Positions 59,923 to 64,000 of a DNA stretch of 64,000 bases are shown piece after piece. This DNA comes from Azolla caroliniana (taxonomy: Eukaryota > Plantae > Polypodiophyta). The notes beneath the pieces were generated by a model. It was not told where the DNA came from and searched no databases. It worked only from the letters and a program-made list of their open reading frames with translations. Each line of letters starts with the position of its first letter. Within the stretch, counting starts at the first letter, position 1. The stretch covers positions 11,966,001 to 12,030,000 of the forward strand of contig JBHGNT010000009.1 in assembly GCA_043228905.1 (NCBI GenBank), in the 5' to 3' direction. Made by a program: the position numbers and the translations under genes.

Positions 59923-62900
59923 TGTCGTGCCTTTCGGCTCCAGATCATTGCGTGAGTCGGGCGGGAACCACTAAGGTTTTGGACTAGGAGAAAAGAAAAT
60001 TCTAAGGCAATTAAGAATATGAAATATATTGTAAGAAAGAAAGATATGAAAAACTCGTGAATCCCACGAGTATAGTGTATTAGTGAGTACTTAGATTAAG
60101 AGAGAAAAATAGTTAGCAAATTCATGAATCCCACGAATATATTATATAAATCAACTCTTGTAAAATAATCAACAACACCATACATCTTTCTCTCCTCCTT
60201 ATATAAGGATGGAAGAGGCTAAGCATAGCTTCATGCTTTTTCTAAAGTGTTCATGCACACTAAATGTGCATGAGTTGCTTTTTACACTATGCTTCTATTT
60301 CCTAAATATAGTGCTCATGCTTGCTAGATGTGCATGAGTAATATTTTATTGGTTTAGATTTTCTTATAAATAAAGTATTCACTCACTCTAAAAATGCATG
60401 ACTTACTTTTTTAATAATGGCAGGCGTAAATAAAGGTCTTATAGGTATTAAATCTATATTTAAAACACTAAGGATAAGTTAGTACAATGGTAAGGTTGGG
60501 GTTTGTCTACGTGGAGGTGCAGGGTTTGAATCCTGTCCTATGGACGTAATAAATATTTTATTTTGTTTATTATACGTACTTTAAATCGGATATAGTATTT
60601 TTCATATTTCACGTAGTGTGAGATTCACACTACGACACTCGCCCCCTCTGAACCCGCACATCCTCTGGTATGTGCAGAAGTCCCCGATGCTTGCTATTCA
60701 CCTTCATCCGAAGCTTCCTCCGATTCTCCCCTTAAGTCGACTATGAGTTGTAATCCACTTTCTTCGCTTTCTGCATCACCGTGATCTTCGTTTGATTGCT
60801 CCTCCTTGTCGGTCTTGTCTAGGATCACATAGGGTTCTTCATCAATCCGCTTCTTGAAAATCTTCACCCGTTTCCCAGTTATAGGCACTCGTAGCATCGT
60901 TCCATCCAACTCACATAGTCGGTAAGTTCTGTTGTCGAAAACTTTCCGAACCTCGTATGGCCTGAACCACCTTTTCGCGAACTTCCGCATCGTTGTATGT
61001 TGATGATCCAAACTACTGTCGTAGACAATCACCAAATCTCCTTCTTCAATCTTTCGCGGTCATAGTCAGTGCTTTGTGTCGAACCGGCTTTTATTCCGGA
61101 ATCGCGCTTCTTCTTGTTGGCTTATTGCTTCTGCTATGTCTTCTGGTCTTCCCTCTAGTTGTCGTATCCGGACCGCTAGTAGTTTTTCTTGGCTCATCTC
61201 TTCCTTCCATGGTAGCACTCTCCATGTCGCGATCGCGGTTTCCGTTGGCATTACTAGTGCTTGTCCGATCATGAGTTTTGCCGGCGACATGCAACTGGTT
61301 ATGGAGTTATGCGTCGTCCGATCCGCCCATAGTGCATATGGAAGCATCTGCGGCCAATCCTTCACCCTTCCATCGCATACCTTCGCAAGTGCTTTGACGA
61401 TCGGACTATGTCCTCATTCGATCTTCCCGTTGGCTTCCGAATTGTATGCCGTTGCCAGTGTTAAACGAACTCCATGTTTGGTGAAGAATCCCCTAGCTTT
61501 GTCAGAGTCAAGTTCTGCCCGATCCGCAATCACTTGTCCTATGCACTTGTATATGCAAAACACCTCCTCCAAAAGAAATTGGCATACTGCAGAACACGTT
61601 TTCCTTCGTAGTGCTCGACCTTCTACTTGGTTTGTGAGATCTTCCCGAGCTAACACCAAGTACTTCTTTTGTCCGATCTTGGCTAGCATGGCTAATTTTT
61701 CAACCATGCACTTGAAGTTGATTGTTGGTGAAAATGTCGGATGTAATTCATCTCGGTGTCGAACCCTAGAGTAGACTTGACACTTCTCGCAGCTTCACGT
61801 GAACTCCGCTACATCTTTGTACATATTCTTCCACCAATATTTTTGTTTGATTTTCACAAAAGTTGCCCATGTTCCTCGATGTCCAGCCCAATCGGATTCA
61901 TGAAAGTTGGATATTATCCAGTTTCGTTTCTCTGTCGTCTTGACTACCCGAAGTGGTATGCCATCCGGTATTTTCGGCTCCCTCCATATTAATCCATTTT
62001 TCAAGAAGAACTTTCGGACTTGTCGCTTCTTACTTCGGATCTCGACTCTCTTTTCTTTATCATTCGTTGACACCTCGATCTCTTGTAGCATATTCCCGAT
62101 CGCCAAGCTTTCTCCCTCATATTCTTCTTCTCAAAATTCTCGGATTACGTTTACTCGGCATATGTGCTCCGAAGCAAAGTAGTCTTCAGAAACTTCTTCA
62201 TTATCGGATTCGGCTATGTTGTCTCCGAACCGAACCCTTGATAGCATATCCGCTACCACGTTGTCTTTTCCAGAGATGTGTCGTACTTCCGGCTTAAGCG
62301 ACTTAACATATGCAATCCATCTTAGCATAGCCACATCCGGTATCGTGCAACACTGCATCATCCCGAGTATCGGAAGACAATCCGTTTCGATCACTACTTT
62401 GGCTCCGATCAAATAATCTCAATCCGATTTGATTGCCAACACGACTCCCCATAGTTCTCTTTTGACTTGTGCATACCCGCGTTGCCTTTCGTTGAGAACC
62501 TTTGCTCCGAATCGGATCGGATATCGCGGTCCATCCGGATCGGCTTGATTGATGACCCATCCGATTCCGGTTGGACTTGTGTCAACCGTTACTATGATCG
62601 GTCGGTCATAGTTCGGCTTCTTTAGGGCTTTTGCCCTCCGTAGTGATTTCTTGAGCTTCTTCACAGCTTTGGTATGCTCCGATTTCAATTCGAACTTCTT
62701 ACCCTTCCGCAACAAGTAATAGAGTGGGTCCGCAATAAGTGCATAGTGCGGAATCCATATGTGGTAGAATGCACACGCTCCAAGAAACCTTTGAACTTCG
62801 GATTGTGACTCGCATATTTCTTTCATAGCTTGAATCACATCGATCTTGGTCGGTGACGATCTTCGGCCGTAGGGCCCACATAGATGTCCGACTACCAATA

Positions 62901-63784
62901 TCTCTTCTTGCCCGAATGCCGATTTTTCCCCGGAAAGTGTTAGGTGCACATCTTCTAACTTTCGAAGCACTTTCTCGCAATCGCGAATATGGTCGACTAC
63001 GATCTTTTGGCATCCTTGATCATCCATAGTTTCATCTTTTTCTTCTACCGCGCATCCTTTCATCGGAATGTCATCTAGGAATGGCATCGTTATCTTCGGG
63101 ATGCAATCTCGAAGCACCTTGTTCATCGCGTTCATCATATGTGCAACCGAGTTTGTCGCTCCTTGTGGTAGTGTGCACATTCAGACTAATCGGCTCTCCA
63201 CGGCTAGTTGGAATTGGTCATACCCGGACTATAGGTCTCCAATGGAGTATATCGCGCGTCCGGCAAAAGCTTCCGCAAATTCGTCCACTATCGGACCGAC
63301 TCCCGAGTTCCGGATCATGACCTTATTCACCGGTTGCAATTCTTGGATAAATCGGAGTGATCCATTCTTCTTCGGAACCGTAAACCATTGATTCAAGTAT
63401 AGAGCGTTTGATGGCTCTAGAATCCCCATCGCCACCTTCTCCTTGAGCAAGTCGATGACTTTCGGAATATGCGCCTGTGGCACCAGAATCGGCTTCAGGT
63501 TCCATGGCACATGGTCAATCGTGAAGATGACCATCGACTCCACTATCTTCGGATCAATGCCTCCTATCTCCCTTGATGTGAATGCGAACGCTTTGCCATG
63601 TTGCTCCAACATCTCACGAAACCGTTCTTCTTCTTTTTGTAAGAGGAAACCACTTCCACCAATCCGATGTTTCTTCTGGGTCTCATCCGTGAAGACATGT
63701 CCGATATCCACAGACTTCCGAAGTGTCGGATCTCCTGAGACTTCTTTCCTCTTTTGTTTGCTATCGGCGGGTAGTGGTCCCATG
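59923..63784 (-). mobile_element. pol: Phygy-like gypsy L, 3' part: RT-RH-INT, PPT and 3' LTR (59923-60637)
   Basis: MPFLDD, VTVDTS, ETDC, GHRG and LAREDL motifs. PPT AGAGGGGGCGAG followed by TGTCGTAG on the minus strand. Confidence 0.92.
60474..60541 (+). other. tRNA-like cassette in the L LTR
   Basis: TAGTACAATGG and T-arm CAGG-GTTTGAAT-CCTG; TTTT runs follow shortly downstream. Confidence 0.72.
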
Positions 63785-64000
63785 TGATGAGAACTCAACA
63801 CTCCTTATGTCCAATGCTCGGCCACAACCGAGCTCCTTTTCATACGCAGAAAACGGGAAACAGATGCACGACACGAAGTGAGAGAAGATACACACACTAC
63901 ACATGAGGTTTACGTGGAAAACCCCAAACTAGGGGAAAAACCACGGCAGTCCACAGGCTGCAAATTATCACTATGTAAGAATGTACAAAACAGTGAGTCC
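63785..64000 (-). mobile_element. LTR of family S, running off the window
   Basis: GCTCGGCCACAACCGAGC...GAAAACGG...GTGGAAAACCC matches 22660-22800. Confidence 0.85.

Overview
This window is eukaryotic, gene-free heterochromatin-type DNA. I found no host gene, rRNA gene, bona fide tRNA gene or CRISPR array. Essentially all 64 kb is a nest of decayed LTR retrotransposons of four kinds: (i) Tcn1-like Ty3/gypsy chromoviruses with a self-priming PBS and a chromodomain; (ii) several non-chromoviral Ty3/gypsy families with a tRNA-Trp PBS and 4-bp TSDs (Phygy-like); (iii) an Athila-like gypsy with a long extra ORF; (iv) Ty1/copia elements with a tRNA-iMet PBS and 5-bp TSDs. This mix suggests a bryophyte (moss) genome, which is inference. 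TSDs allow a multi-layer nest to be rebuilt: Athila-like (25203-52640) > copia D (27259-49084) > copia G (35866-48031) > Phygy-like H (40400-47020). They also reveal an inversion with a breakpoint near 5410. The most striking unexplained signal is that five gypsy LTR families with otherwise dissimilar LTRs each carry tRNA-shaped cassettes. These have Pol III A and B boxes at tRNA spacing and partly paired D, T and acceptor arms, and lie mostly in U3 upstream of the TATA box and antisense to the element. I saw none in the copia LTRs. Two conserved -1 frameshift signals (slippery heptamer plus stem-loop) are also visible. All coordinates and alignments were made by eye and may be off by a few bases; lineage names need HMM or phylogenetic confirmation.
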